From the NCBI GenBank assembly GCA_964581865.1, contig CAZOQC010000017.1, positions 2,457 to 66,456 on the forward strand: a stretch of 64,000 nt of DNA, in the 5' to 3' direction. The number at the start of each line of letters is the position of its first letter. The first letter of the stretch is position 1. The notes under the pieces were generated by a model. The model was given only the letters and a program-made list of their open reading frames with translations. It was not told where the DNA came from and did not search any database. Position numbers and translations under genes: made by a program. Positions 53,201 to 60,572 of this stretch are shown one piece after another. This stretch comes from an uncultured Spirosoma sp. GTDB taxonomy: Bacteria; Bacteroidota; Bacteroidia; Cytophagales; Spirosomataceae.

Positions 53201-56200
53201 CTCGGTGGTCGGGGTATCCGCGAGATTCGCAAGAACAGCAGCAATCAATATGTGATTATCGCTGGCCCGGCGGGTGATGCGGGTGCGTCTCCGAATGATT
53301 TCCGCCTGTTTACCTGGACAGGTAACGCCAGCGACGCCCCCGTCGAACGAAACGCCAATCTGACGGCACTGAACGCCAGCGGTAGTTTCGAGTCGATTGT
53401 AGAGGTGCCGGCGTCGCTGGATAACAACACCCAGCTACAACTGCTGGTCGATAACGGTGATGCGGTGTATTACAACGACGGGACGATTGCGAAGGAACTG
53501 AGTCAGAATACTTTCAAGAAGTTCCGGTCTGACATCGTTTCGCTCGGTACTGCGCTCAACACCCCACCGGTAGCCGTCGCCAACAACAACCAGGCGGCAA
53601 CGGTGGGAACGGCCTTCACCTACACGGTCAACGCCTTCACCGATGCCGAGACGCCCAACAACCTGACATACGCAGCCGTCATCAACCCAGCCGACGGGTT
53701 GAGTTTCAATCCGGCTACGCGCATCATCTCGGGAACGCCAACGGCTACGGGTGTGAGCAGCGTGACCATCACGGCCACTGATCCGGGCAGTCTGAGTGCG
53801 AGTACGACGTTCACGATTACGGTGAACCCCGCCCCGGTAACGGCCCTGACGGTAACGGCCTCGGCCAACCCGACCCAGATCCTGACCACGGGCAGCACCA
53901 CCCTCACCGCTAGTGTATCGGGCGGTACGACGCCTTACACGTATGCCTTCACCGGTCCGGGTACTATCACGTCTAACGGCAATACAGCTACCGTGTCGGG
54001 CTTGTCAGCGGGTGTGCAGACGTTCACCGTCACGGTGACCGACGCCACCACGCCTACAGCCCAGACCAGCTTTACGACTGTCAGCGTGACGGTAACCACA
54101 GCCAATCAGCCGCCCGTTGCGCCGACGCTGGCCAATCAGACGGGTACGGTAGCTGTCGCATTTACGTATACGGTTCCTGCGTTTACCGATCCTGAAAACG
54201 GTGCGCTGACTTACACGATCATGGGTGTACCGGCCGGACTGAACGCCAACAACAGCACCCGCGTGATTTCGGGCACGCCCACCACGACCGGCGTATCGAC
54301 GGTGACGGTGGTGGCGACCGATCCGCAGAGTGCAACCACGGCCGGTACGTTCACCATCACCATCAACGCCAACCAGGCCCCGGTCGCCCCAACGCTTGCT
54401 AATAAGACGGCAACGGTGGGTACGGCGTTCAGTTATGTGGTGCCTGCGTTCACTGACGCCGAGAACCAGTCGCTGACCTACAGCGCATCGGGTGTTCCCT
54501 CGCCTTTGACGTTCGACCCGGCTACGCGTACCATCTCAGGTACGCCAACGTCGGCAGCTGTATCGAACATCACGATCAAGGCCACTGACCCGGCCAGTAA
54601 CACGGCTGGTACCACCTTTACCCTGACCGTTAGCCCATCGGCTCTGTCGTTAGTCGCTTCGGCCAGTCCGGCCCAGATTCTGACGACGGGTATGACTACG
54701 CTATCAGCCACTGTATCGTGCGGCACAACACCGTATACGTACGCATACACCGGCCCCGGCACGATCACTCCCAACGGGAACACGGCTACCGTGTCGGGCT
54801 TGCCAGCGGGTGTGCAGACGTTCACCGTCACGGTGACCGACGCCACTACGCCGACGGCTCAGACCAACTTCACCACCGTCAGCGTGACGGTGACCCAGGC
54901 TAACACCGCCCCAACGGTGGCCAACCCAGTTAGTCCCCAGAGCGCGACGGTGGGTACGGCTTACACGCTGTCGGTAGCGAACGTGTTCACCGATGCCCAG
55001 ACACCTAACCAGCTGACCTTGTCGGCCACTGGTTTGCCAGCTGATCTGTCTCTGAACGGCACGACGATCAGCGGTACGCCGTCAACGACGGTGGGGTCGC
55101 CCTACACCGTTACGCTGACAGCGACCGATCCGGGTAACCTGAGCACCAGCACCCAGTTTACGCTGAGTGTCGACCCCGCCCCGACCACCACGCCAACGCC
55201 AACGGGTCCCTTCAGCATCACGGGCGTGACGCTGGTGAGCTGCACGACGCTCTCGGTGGGTGAACGCCAGATCAGCATCAGTCCCCAGTATGCGGGTCAG
55301 GATGGTAGCCCAATCAGTTTCTCGGTAGTCAACGAGTTGTCGGCTACGACGGCTGCGGGTCCGTATAGTCTGAAACTCTACACCGACAATCCGATGATTA
55401 CCCTGAGCGCGACCCAGAGCGGGACGACCTCCCTGTTCGGCTACAACTGGCTGGCGGTCTGTAACGCCAGCGGTGGTACACCAACGCCGACCAACACGGC
55501 TCCGACGGTGGTCAACCCGGTGGGTCCGCAAAGCGCGACAGTAGGCACGGCTTATACCCTCTCAGTGGCTAACGTATTCACCGATGCCGAGACGCCTGGT
55601 CAACTCACCCTGTCAGCCAGTGGCCTGCCAACGGGACTGATGCTAAGCGGCACGACGATCAGCGGTACACCGTCGACGACGGTAGGTCCGCCCTACACGG
55701 TGACCATCACGGCGACCGATCCGGGCAACCTGACGGCTATCAACCGCTTCATGCTGACGGTGAGTCCGGCCCCAACGACCACGCCAACGCCTACCCCGAC
55801 GGGACCCATTAGCATCACGGGTGTCACGCTGGTGAGCTGCACGACACTCTCGGTGGGTGAGCGCCAGATCAGCATCACTCCCCAGTATGCGGGTCAGGAT
55901 GGTAGCCCAATCAGTTTCTCGGTAGTCAACGAGTTGTCGGCCACGACGGCTGCGGGCCCGTACTCGCTGAAGCTCTACACCGACAATCCGATGATTACCC
56001 TGAGCGCTACGCAAAGCGGGACAACCTCGCTGTTCGGCTATAACTGGCTGGCAGCCTGTAACGCGACCACGCCAGTACCGACACCGACCCCGACACCGAC
56101 GCCAACGAGTCCGTTCAGCATCACGGGCGTGACGTTGAACAGCTGCACGAGTGTATCGGCCAATGAGCGTCAGATCAGTTTCACGCCCCGATACGCGGGT

Positions 56201-56659
56201 GTGACGGGCGAGACGATTACCTTCCGGGTCGTCAACGAGAGTCTGCCCACGACGATGGGTGGTCCCTATTCGCTCAAGCTGTACACCGACAATCCGGTGA
56301 TCAATCTGCGGGCCATGCAGGGCAGCGGTTCGGAAGCGGCCTACGCCTACAACTGGCTGGCGGCTTGTAATGCCAATAGCCGGATTGCCGCGACAGAGCG
56401 CGCTGAACCGCTGACCGTGACGGTACTTGGAAACCCGGTTGTGGGTGAAACGGTTGATGTAGAGATTCGCGGTGCCGCCGGACAGTCGGTACGCATCCAG
56501 ACAATCGACGGCCGTGGCTACTCGATCAGCACTAGCCGAATCGAGCAGGCCGCTGACGTGGAACGGACTACGGTACAACTGCGTCCGGTAGCGGGTGTCT
56601 ACCTGCTTCAGGTCAGTACGGCTACCCAACAGCAAACGATCAAGCTGATTCGGGAATAA
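47261..56659 (+). CDS. Giant multidomain T9SS-secreted surface protein
   Basis: The ATG at 47261 gives MKHVLQCRWL..., with the hydrophobic segment ILAMLLVVVSLGGQNAQGQ. See the sub-features below for domains. A start at 47168 is possible but adds a non-signal-like leader. Confidence 0.85.
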   Translation: MKHVLQCRWLATNRASVTVRVIAACRGRLLSNLANPHSYILAMLLVVVSLGGQNAQGQTAYTYNTTTTSTSWGNSANWTGGATNKYPGIDAYTTSTADGLATDIASFGTLAATSIGLNFNNTTTNTGVGNNTSFNGSLTLGAIQFPSLSRALTFGKNDASAFASTLTLNGATISAIDNVILSSNTAGFDATFAGFNGGSGSFPMVLALGNSTNNVVSIDNTGNIIVSAAISGTGKKLTLNANNSGSLRLSGPNTFDGGITVNGGTAGGRLRIDAVNSLPAAGAIAVNTGGRITLNVAGTFGGTTQTLTFSPTQTTSPSLDIASGAAIVWQGLVSLAADTRLEANGGAGTLTFSGNVSGSGTLIKQAAGTLILSGTGNSLTGGTTIGNGTLTVNNGSSMGTGPLSMAQTGTNNTTLNLNNTSQIISSLSNLFTATTGTQTQVINLGSGHTLIVNQTGNTTYGTGAVSTLTSTLAGSGNLTKSGSGTLTLTSANTYSGTTTVTGGTLVLGVANALASGTNITLNGGTLSTGASTGFTQSVGTLNVAANSTIALGVGNHTLTFAASNGITWNGTTLTVTGWTGTVGSAGTAGHLFVGNSATSLTAAQLAKITFSGYSAGATQLSTGEVVPAAPTCPTITTSLNGTSTICTGSTTNLTATITGGTGPYSLTYSNGTTNTVVSNYTSGANIAVSPTANTTYTLVNVTDANTCAATVSGSAQVTVNQNPTMANAGPAQSIFIGQSATLAANTPMIGTGMWSVTSGPSTAASQFSNVASPTATFTPASGTGSYVLTWTISNAPCTPSASNVTITVSNPTVNLSVSSNAGSEADKTAITVTATAAAPVVGDQTVSLAVTGTGITSGDYTLSSNTITILNGQTAGSVTFTVVDDNAVEGTETATLTISSPSAGIALGSTVAQNITITDNDVAPGLSINDVSTNEGNSGTTTFTFTVSLATPAPTGGVSFNYATADGTAKAGADYVATSGTGTIPEGSSTLAISVLVNGNTTYEADKTFYVDIANVTGATVSKGRGTGTIVNDDAQPLPDLTVALAGPASATTGQAYSYSLVVSNSGTSDASNVPVSFTLPGGVTYASATGSNGFVATQSGTTVSFMGGTLTQGSSATLTVSVTPNTTGTETVSPGAAVVDPGNTIPESNENNNSSTQTVTTTVVAPNQPPVAPTLANQTGTVAVAFTYTVPAFTDPENGALTYTIMGVPAGLNANNSTRVISGTPTTTGVSTVTVVATDPQSATTAGTFTITINANQAPVAPTLANQTATVGTAFSYVVPAFTDAENQPLTYVATGVPSPLTFDPATRTISGTPTSAGTSNIMITATDPANNATNGTFTLTVNAAPAAGVIRITEYMYSSGNGAGNGVGEFIELTNVGNAAVDLTGWSFDDNTRTPGSFAIGGFGMVQPNESVIITDAPAALFRQFWFLPASVKIVGGSDQGLGRSDEINIYDASNTLVTRLTYNDQGTNPAGTVRTQFVSAWPQRNLLGQTTTAGWQLSVANDAQNSYLATTGDLGNPGGYFVPLSRVLVRESGGTTTVTEGGATDTYTVTLNSQPSADVTVSINPGSQLTVSSATLTFTSANFNTAQTVTVTAVDDNVYQGAPRSVTITQSVTSSDAAYNGIVANPVSVTIIDNDMPVTAAPTIQVAGTTTKYLSLPTSGPGYVSGVLSDPTDPARTLGVDFTLADTDTDVNTLTTTASSNNSNATVSLTGSGSNRNLKITPAGVGYSTITVSVSDGTNTTNYVVNYAASAASVTPTATRFLTGTSDASTAVLVDANNMLVGDDENQVLRLYNRQNSGLPVAGFDFTSALGLTDVSGGVPREVDLELSVRKDNRIFWMGSQSNADGGNARVNRDRVFATDVSGSGASTTLSYVGRYDFLREDIINWDVTNAHGKGANYYGLQASAAAGVGSKQATGYNIEGAEFAPDGNTVYLGFRAPQVIPANRAKALIVPVTNLTSLVSGQAQGTATFGAPIELDLGGRGIREIRKNSSNQYVIIAGPAGDAGASPNDFRLFTWTGNASDAPVERNANLTALNASGSFESIVEVPASLDNNTQLQLLVDNGDAVYYNDGTIAKELSQNTFKKFRSDIVSLGTALNTPPVAVANNNQAATVGTAFTYTVNAFTDAETPNNLTYAAVINPADGLSFNPATRIISGTPTATGVSSVTITATDPGSLSASTTFTITVNPAPVTALTVTASANPTQILTTGSTTLTASVSGGTTPYTYAFTGPGTITSNGNTATVSGLSAGVQTFTVTVTDATTPTAQTSFTTVSVTVTTANQPPVAPTLANQTGTVAVAFTYTVPAFTDPENGALTYTIMGVPAGLNANNSTRVISGTPTTTGVSTVTVVATDPQSATTAGTFTITINANQAPVAPTLANKTATVGTAFSYVVPAFTDAENQSLTYSASGVPSPLTFDPATRTISGTPTSAAVSNITIKATDPASNTAGTTFTLTVSPSALSLVASASPAQILTTGMTTLSATVSCGTTPYTYAYTGPGTITPNGNTATVSGLPAGVQTFTVTVTDATTPTAQTNFTTVSVTVTQANTAPTVANPVSPQSATVGTAYTLSVANVFTDAQTPNQLTLSATGLPADLSLNGTTISGTPSTTVGSPYTVTLTATDPGNLSTSTQFTLSVDPAPTTTPTPTGPFSITGVTLVSCTTLSVGERQISISPQYAGQDGSPISFSVVNELSATTAAGPYSLKLYTDNPMITLSATQSGTTSLFGYNWLAVCNASGGTPTPTNTAPTVVNPVGPQSATVGTAYTLSVANVFTDAETPGQLTLSASGLPTGLMLSGTTISGTPSTTVGPPYTVTITATDPGNLTAINRFMLTVSPAPTTTPTPTPTGPISITGVTLVSCTTLSVGERQISITPQYAGQDGSPISFSVVNELSATTAAGPYSLKLYTDNPMITLSATQSGTTSLFGYNWLAACNATTPVPTPTPTPTPTSPFSITGVTLNSCTSVSANERQISFTPRYAGVTGETITFRVVNESLPTTMGGPYSLKLYTDNPVINLRAMQGSGSEAAYAYNWLAACNANSRIAATERAEPLTVTVLGNPVVGETVDVEIRGAAGQSVRIQTIDGRGYSISTSRIEQAADVERTTVQLRPVAGVYLLQVSTATQQQTIKLIRE
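47700..49130 (+). other. Autotransporter-associated beta-strand (PATR-like) repeat region
   Basis: Recurring blocks include GSGTLTLTSANTYSGTTTVTGGTLVLG, GTLILSGTGNSLTGGTTIGNGTLTV and NGGTLSTG. Confidence 0.7.
49688..50362 (+). other. Two Calx-beta domains
   Basis: Motifs seen: GDYTLSSNTITILNGQTAGSVTFTVVDDNAVEGTETATLTIS, and ATADGTAKAGADYVATSGTGTIPEGSSTLAISVLVNGNTTYEADKTFYVDI. Confidence 0.75.
50376..50745 (+). other. CARDB-like domain
   Basis: The sequence is PDLTVALAGPASATTGQAYSYSLVVSNSGTSDASNV....VDPGNTIPESNENNN. Confidence 0.65.
51309..51830 (+). other. Lamin-tail domain (LTD)
   Basis: The sequence is VIRITEYMYSS...GEFIELTNVGNAAVDLTGWSFDD...VQPNESVIITD...SDEINIYDASNTLVTRLTY. Confidence 0.75.
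52545..53548 (+). other. Phytase-like / DUF3616-type beta-propeller region
   Basis: Motifs seen: GDDENQVLRLYNRQ, NIEGAEFAPDGNTVYLGFRAP, GIREIRKNSSNQYVIIAGP and FRLFTWTG. The assignment is by motif resemblance only. Confidence 0.5.
55205..56371 (+). repeat. Three copies of the same unassigned Cys-bracketed module (gene 2)
   Basis: The modules lie at about 55205-55465, 55801-56062 and 56108-56371. The order and linkers match those in gene 1. Confidence 0.75.
56409..56656 (+). other. T9SS C-terminal sorting domain
   Basis: The sequence is LTVTVLGNPVVGETVDVEIRGAAGQSVRIQTIDGRG...YLLQVSTATQQQTIKLIRE. Confidence 0.8.
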
Positions 56660-56679
56660 CCGCTAACCCGGTGCCTATG

Positions 56680-56716
56680 AAAAAGGGGGCTCTCGCGTGA
56701 GAGTCCCCTTTTTTTG
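56680..56716. terminator. Bidirectional terminator between giant gene 2 and panC
   Basis: The sequence is AAAAAGGGGGCTCTC-GCGT-GAGAGTCCCCTTTTTTT. Confidence 0.8.
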
Positions 56717-56762
56717 TGGCTACTGATCGGTAACTATCGTCCGGCTGTATAAAACGACAGGC

Positions 56763-57602
56763 TCAGAACACCAGATTGTCGATCAGCCGGACGTTGCCGA
56801 GGTGAGCCGCGATACAGATGGCTGTTTGCCCCGGTGCCAGCACTTCATCGACGGGCATCAGCGTATCGGCGTTGGCAACTTCGACGTATTCGAGCCGGAA
56901 AGCCGGTCTGGTGTCGAGAAAGTCACGTACAGCGGCTTTTGCCTGTGCAGACGTCTGTCCATTGGTTAGTTCGTCGTGCGCCAGCGTGAGAGCCGCAAAC
57001 AGCGTTGTCGCCTGTTCGCGTTCGTCGGCCGTCAGGTTGCGGTTGCGCGACGACATGGCCAGTCCATCGGCTTCGCGTACGGTCGGGCTGCGCACTAGCT
57101 CGACGGGAAAACTCAGGTTACGAGTCAGGCTGCGGATCACGGCCACCTGCTGCAAATCTTTCTGACCGAAAAACGCTCTGTCGGGTTGTATGATGTTGAA
57201 CAGCTTCGCCACGACCAGGCCAACGCCATTGAAATGCCCGGGTCGGAACGCCCCTTCCATCACGGTTTCCAGCCGACCAAAATTAAATGTCAGCGTAGGC
57301 GGCTCGGGATACATCTCATCGACGGAGGGCGCAAACACCACGTCGCAACCCACTGATTCGAGGAGCTGGCAATCGGCATCGAGTGTACGGGGGTACCGGG
57401 CCAGATCATCGGCGTTATTGAACTGAACGGGATTCACGAAGATACTGCACACGACAACGTCGGTTTGCTGACGGGCCTGCTGAATCAGCGTCAGGTGGCC
57501 GTCGTGCAGGGCACCCATCGTCGGAACAAGGCCGATTGACTGACTGACGCGCAGCCCGGCAAGGTGCTGACGAAGGCTGGCAATGGTATCGAAGCGGAGC
57601 AT
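56763..57602 (-). CDS. panC: Pantoate--beta-alanine ligase
   Basis: Motifs seen: VPTMGALHDGHLTLI (HxGH) and FGQKDLQQ. The length is 279 aa. Confidence 0.9.
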   Translation of the reverse strand: MLRFDTIASLRQHLAGLRVSQSIGLVPTMGALHDGHLTLIQQARQQTDVVVCSIFVNPVQFNNADDLARYPRTLDADCQLLESVGCDVVFAPSVDEMYPEPPTLTFNFGRLETVMEGAFRPGHFNGVGLVVAKLFNIIQPDRAFFGQKDLQQVAVIRSLTRNLSFPVELVRSPTVREADGLAMSSRNRNLTADEREQATTLFAALTLAHDELTNGQTSAQAKAAVRDFLDTRPAFRLEYVEVANADTLMPVDEVLAPGQTAICIAAHLGNVRLIDNLVF

Positions 57603-57664
57603 AGCGAAAAGCTGTATTGAACCTGCAATGATACAGGATCGCTATCTTTTATGGCCAAATCGTA

Positions 57665-57695
57665 TTGAAATACGGGAAAAATTTGTATAATTTTG
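57665..57695 (+). promoter_or_regulatory. Candidate Bacteroidota sigma-A promoter for glgA
   Basis: TTG lies at 57665-57667 and TAATTTTG (TAnnTTTG) at 57688-57695. The latter is 42 nt upstream of the ATG. Confidence 0.4.
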
Positions 57696-57736
57696 CAAGT
57701 TTTTCGGTGATCTAACCAACACACCCAGCCCGGTTT

Positions 57737-58543
57737 ATGAGCAAATTACGTATTCTTTATGTGGCCAGCGAAATCAATCCGTTCCTGAAAACATCCGACG
57801 TTGCCGACTTCGTCCGTAAGTTACCACAGGCAATGCAGGAGCGGGGAATGGAGATTCGAATTCTGGTGCCACGCTTCGGTCTCATCAACGAACGTAAAAA
57901 CCGGTTGCACGAAGTGGTCCGCCTGTCAGGTATCAATATTGCCGTTGGTGACGAAGAGAAGCCGCTGATTATCAAGGTAGCCTCTATTCCGACGGCCAAA
58001 CTTCAGGTCTATTTTATCGATAATGAGGATTACTTCCAACGTAAATACGTCTTCCACGACAAGGAAAACCGATTCTACGACGATAACGACGAACGGGCTA
58101 TTTTCTTCTGCAAAGGCGTTCTGGAGACAGTGAAAAAACTCGGCTGGGCCCCCGACATCGTCCATTGCAACGACTGGATGACCGCCCTGATTCCGCTGTA
58201 CCTCAAAACGACCTACAAAAACGACCCGATGTTCAAGGACACCAAGTCGGTCTTCACGGTCTATAACAACGCCTTCGACCACCGCTTCGACGGCGATATC
58301 GTGGAAAAAGCGCGTATGATGGACATCGACGATTCGATGCTGGCCGAATTGAAAACGGCCGATTTTTCCGGTTTTATCCGCATTGGGTGTGCCTACGCCG
58401 ACGCTGTTGTCCGGGCTGAAGAAGAATCGAGCGAAAGCCTGAACGCTATTTTGACTGACCTGCCGGAACATAAATTCGACGGTGCCGACGACGAAGACGT
58501 GACCGAACGATACTACAATCTGTACAATCAGCTGGTGGGCTGA
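57737..58543 (+). CDS. glgA: Short (268 aa) glycogen/starch synthase-like protein, GT5 N-terminal half only
   Basis: The product has KLRILYVASEINPFLKTSDVADFVRKLPQAM, the GT5 N-terminal signature. It stops where the C-terminal Rossmann half would begin. A terminator follows. Confidence 0.75.
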   Translation: MSKLRILYVASEINPFLKTSDVADFVRKLPQAMQERGMEIRILVPRFGLINERKNRLHEVVRLSGINIAVGDEEKPLIIKVASIPTAKLQVYFIDNEDYFQRKYVFHDKENRFYDDNDERAIFFCKGVLETVKKLGWAPDIVHCNDWMTALIPLYLKTTYKNDPMFKDTKSVFTVYNNAFDHRFDGDIVEKARMMDIDDSMLAELKTADFSGFIRIGCAYADAVVRAEEESSESLNAILTDLPEHKFDGADDEDVTERYYNLYNQLVG

Positions 58544-58573
58544 CGAGACTGCCCTGTTATACTATTCACGATC

Positions 58574-58599
58574 AAAAAGCCGGGGGTTCCCGGCTTTTT
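58574..58599 (+). terminator. Rho-independent terminator
   Basis: The sequence is AAAAAGCCGGG-GGTT-CCCGGCTTTTT. Confidence 0.85.
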
Positions 58600-58665
58600 G
58601 CATTACCTTACCAGTGAATCGTATCGATTCAACTACCTTAATAGACCTATTTTAACAGACTGATT

Positions 58666-60504
58666 ATGTGTGGAATTGTGGCATATGTGGGGCATCGCGA
58701 TGCGTGTCCGCTGGTCATTAAAGGCTTGAAACGGCTCGAATACCGGGGCTACGACAGCGCCGGTGTGGCCCTGATGAATGACAGCGGCCTGACTGTTTAC
58801 AAGAAGAAAGGAAAAGTGTCGGCCCTGGAGCAGGAACTGGTTGGTAAGGCCGTTCAATCGCATATCGGCATGGGGCACACGCGCTGGGCTACCCACGGCG
58901 AACCCAATGACGTCAACGCTCACCCGCACTACTCGTTTCATCGGAAACTGGCGATCATCCACAACGGGATCATCGAGAACTACGCGGCCATCAAACAGCG
59001 GCTACTTAAAAAAGGGCACACCTTCGCCAGTCAGACCGACACCGAGGTGCTGGGTCAGTTTATCGAGGACATCTGGGAAAACGCGGGCGGGACGCTGGAA
59101 GAGGCCGTACGGCTGGCGTTGCAGGAAGTCGTGGGGGCGTACGCCATCGTGGTGATGAACGAAGCTGAACCAACCCAGTTGATTGCCGCCCGGAAAGGCT
59201 CTCCGCTGGTGATCGGCGTGGGCGACAACGAGTACTTCCTGGCGTCGGACGCAACGCCGATTGTGGAGTATACGAAGGAAGTTATCTACCTGAACGACTA
59301 CGAAATCGCGGTTATCAACGACGGCAAACTGCGGGTCGTGACGCTCGACAACACGGCCACAACGCCCTACGTACAAACCGTTGAACTGGAGCTGGAAGCC
59401 ATCGAGAAAGGTGGCTACGACCACTTCATGCTCAAGGAAATCTTCGAGCAGCCCCGCTCCATCGCCGATTCCATGCGTGGGCGGGTGCAGGCCGAAGCCG
59501 GTACGCTGCAACTCGGTGGTCTGCGCGACTACATGGACAAGCTGGCCAAGTCGAAGCGCATCGTAATCGTCGGCTGTGGCACCTCCTGGCACGCGGGGCT
59601 GGTGGCCGAGTACATTTTCGAGGAACTGGCCCGGATTCCTGTCGAGGTCGAGTACGCGTCGGAGTTCCGCTACCGCAACCCGATCATCAAGGAAGGCGAC
59701 ATCGTGATTGCCATTTCGCAGTCGGGCGAAACCGCCGATACGCTGGCCGCTATTGAACTGGCGAAGTCGAAAGGTGCGATCATCTTCGGGGTCTGTAACG
59801 TTGTCGGCTCGTCCATTGCCCGGGCGACCCACGCGGGGGCCTATACCCATGCCGGACCCGAAATCGGGGTAGCCAGTACGAAAGCGTTTACGGCGCAGGT
59901 GACCGTACTGACGCTGATTGCGCTGGCCGCTGCCAAACGCAAAGGCACCATTTCCGACTCACTGTTCCGGCAACTGCTGGTCGAACTGGAAAGCATCCCG
60001 GCGAAGGTGGAAAAGGTGCTGCAATCGGCCGACAAGATCAAGGAGATCGCCTACATCTTTACCTACGCCCGCAACTTCATCTACCTCGGTCGGGGGCTGA
60101 ACTTCCCCGTTGCGCTAGAAGGTGCCTTGAAGCTGAAAGAGATCAGCTACATCCACGCGGAGGGCTACCCGGCCGCCGAAATGAAACACGGCCCCATCGC
60201 GCTCATCGACGAAGACATGCCCGTCGTCGTAACGGCGACAAAAGACAGCTCGTACGAAAAAGTGGTGTCGAACATTCAGGAGGTGAAAGCCCGCAAGGGT
60301 CGCGTCATCGCCATCACCACCGAAGGCGACACCCAACTCCCCGGCATGGTCGACTTCACCATCGAAATCCCGAACGTCCACGAGATCCTGATGCCGCTGG
60401 TATCGGTGATTCCCCTGCAACTGCTGGCCTACGACATCGCTGTCATGCGCGGCCGCAACGTCGACCAGCCCCGCAACCTCGCCAAATCAGTGACGGTGGA
60501 ATAG
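58666..60504 (+). CDS. glmS: Glutamine--fructose-6-phosphate aminotransferase (isomerizing)
   Basis: The N-terminus is MCGIVAYVG. Two SIS domains are present. The C-terminus is NLAKSVTVE. The length is 612 aa. Confidence 0.95.
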   Translation: MCGIVAYVGHRDACPLVIKGLKRLEYRGYDSAGVALMNDSGLTVYKKKGKVSALEQELVGKAVQSHIGMGHTRWATHGEPNDVNAHPHYSFHRKLAIIHNGIIENYAAIKQRLLKKGHTFASQTDTEVLGQFIEDIWENAGGTLEEAVRLALQEVVGAYAIVVMNEAEPTQLIAARKGSPLVIGVGDNEYFLASDATPIVEYTKEVIYLNDYEIAVINDGKLRVVTLDNTATTPYVQTVELELEAIEKGGYDHFMLKEIFEQPRSIADSMRGRVQAEAGTLQLGGLRDYMDKLAKSKRIVIVGCGTSWHAGLVAEYIFEELARIPVEVEYASEFRYRNPIIKEGDIVIAISQSGETADTLAAIELAKSKGAIIFGVCNVVGSSIARATHAGAYTHAGPEIGVASTKAFTAQVTVLTLIALAAAKRKGTISDSLFRQLLVELESIPAKVEKVLQSADKIKEIAYIFTYARNFIYLGRGLNFPVALEGALKLKEISYIHAEGYPAAEMKHGPIALIDEDMPVVVTATKDSSYEKVVSNIQEVKARKGRVIAITTEGDTQLPGMVDFTIEIPNVHEILMPLVSVIPLQLLAYDIAVMRGRNVDQPRNLAKSVTVE

Positions 60505-60523
60505 TCGGTTTACAGTTTACAGT

Positions 60524-60572
60524 ATCCGGTTTACGGCGGCTCAGTAAGCGACCGTAAACCGGATTTCTGTTT
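60524..60572. terminator. Hairpin plus T-run between glmS and the low-GC island
   Basis: ATCCGGTTTACGG (60524-60536) pairs with CCGTAAACCGGAT (60552-60564), followed by TTCTGTTTTT. Confidence 0.7.

Noticed and set aside
58544-58665. glmS ribozyme or riboswitch upstream of glmS; also purine or SAM riboswitches upstream of purF (8580-8780) and the Cys/Met PLP gene (25249-25440)
   Set aside because: I saw no conserved riboswitch cores in these leaders. The leader of the PLP gene is occupied by a family A repeat, and the glmS leader is short and unstructured. I cannot exclude a riboswitch without a covariance-model (Rfam cmscan) search.
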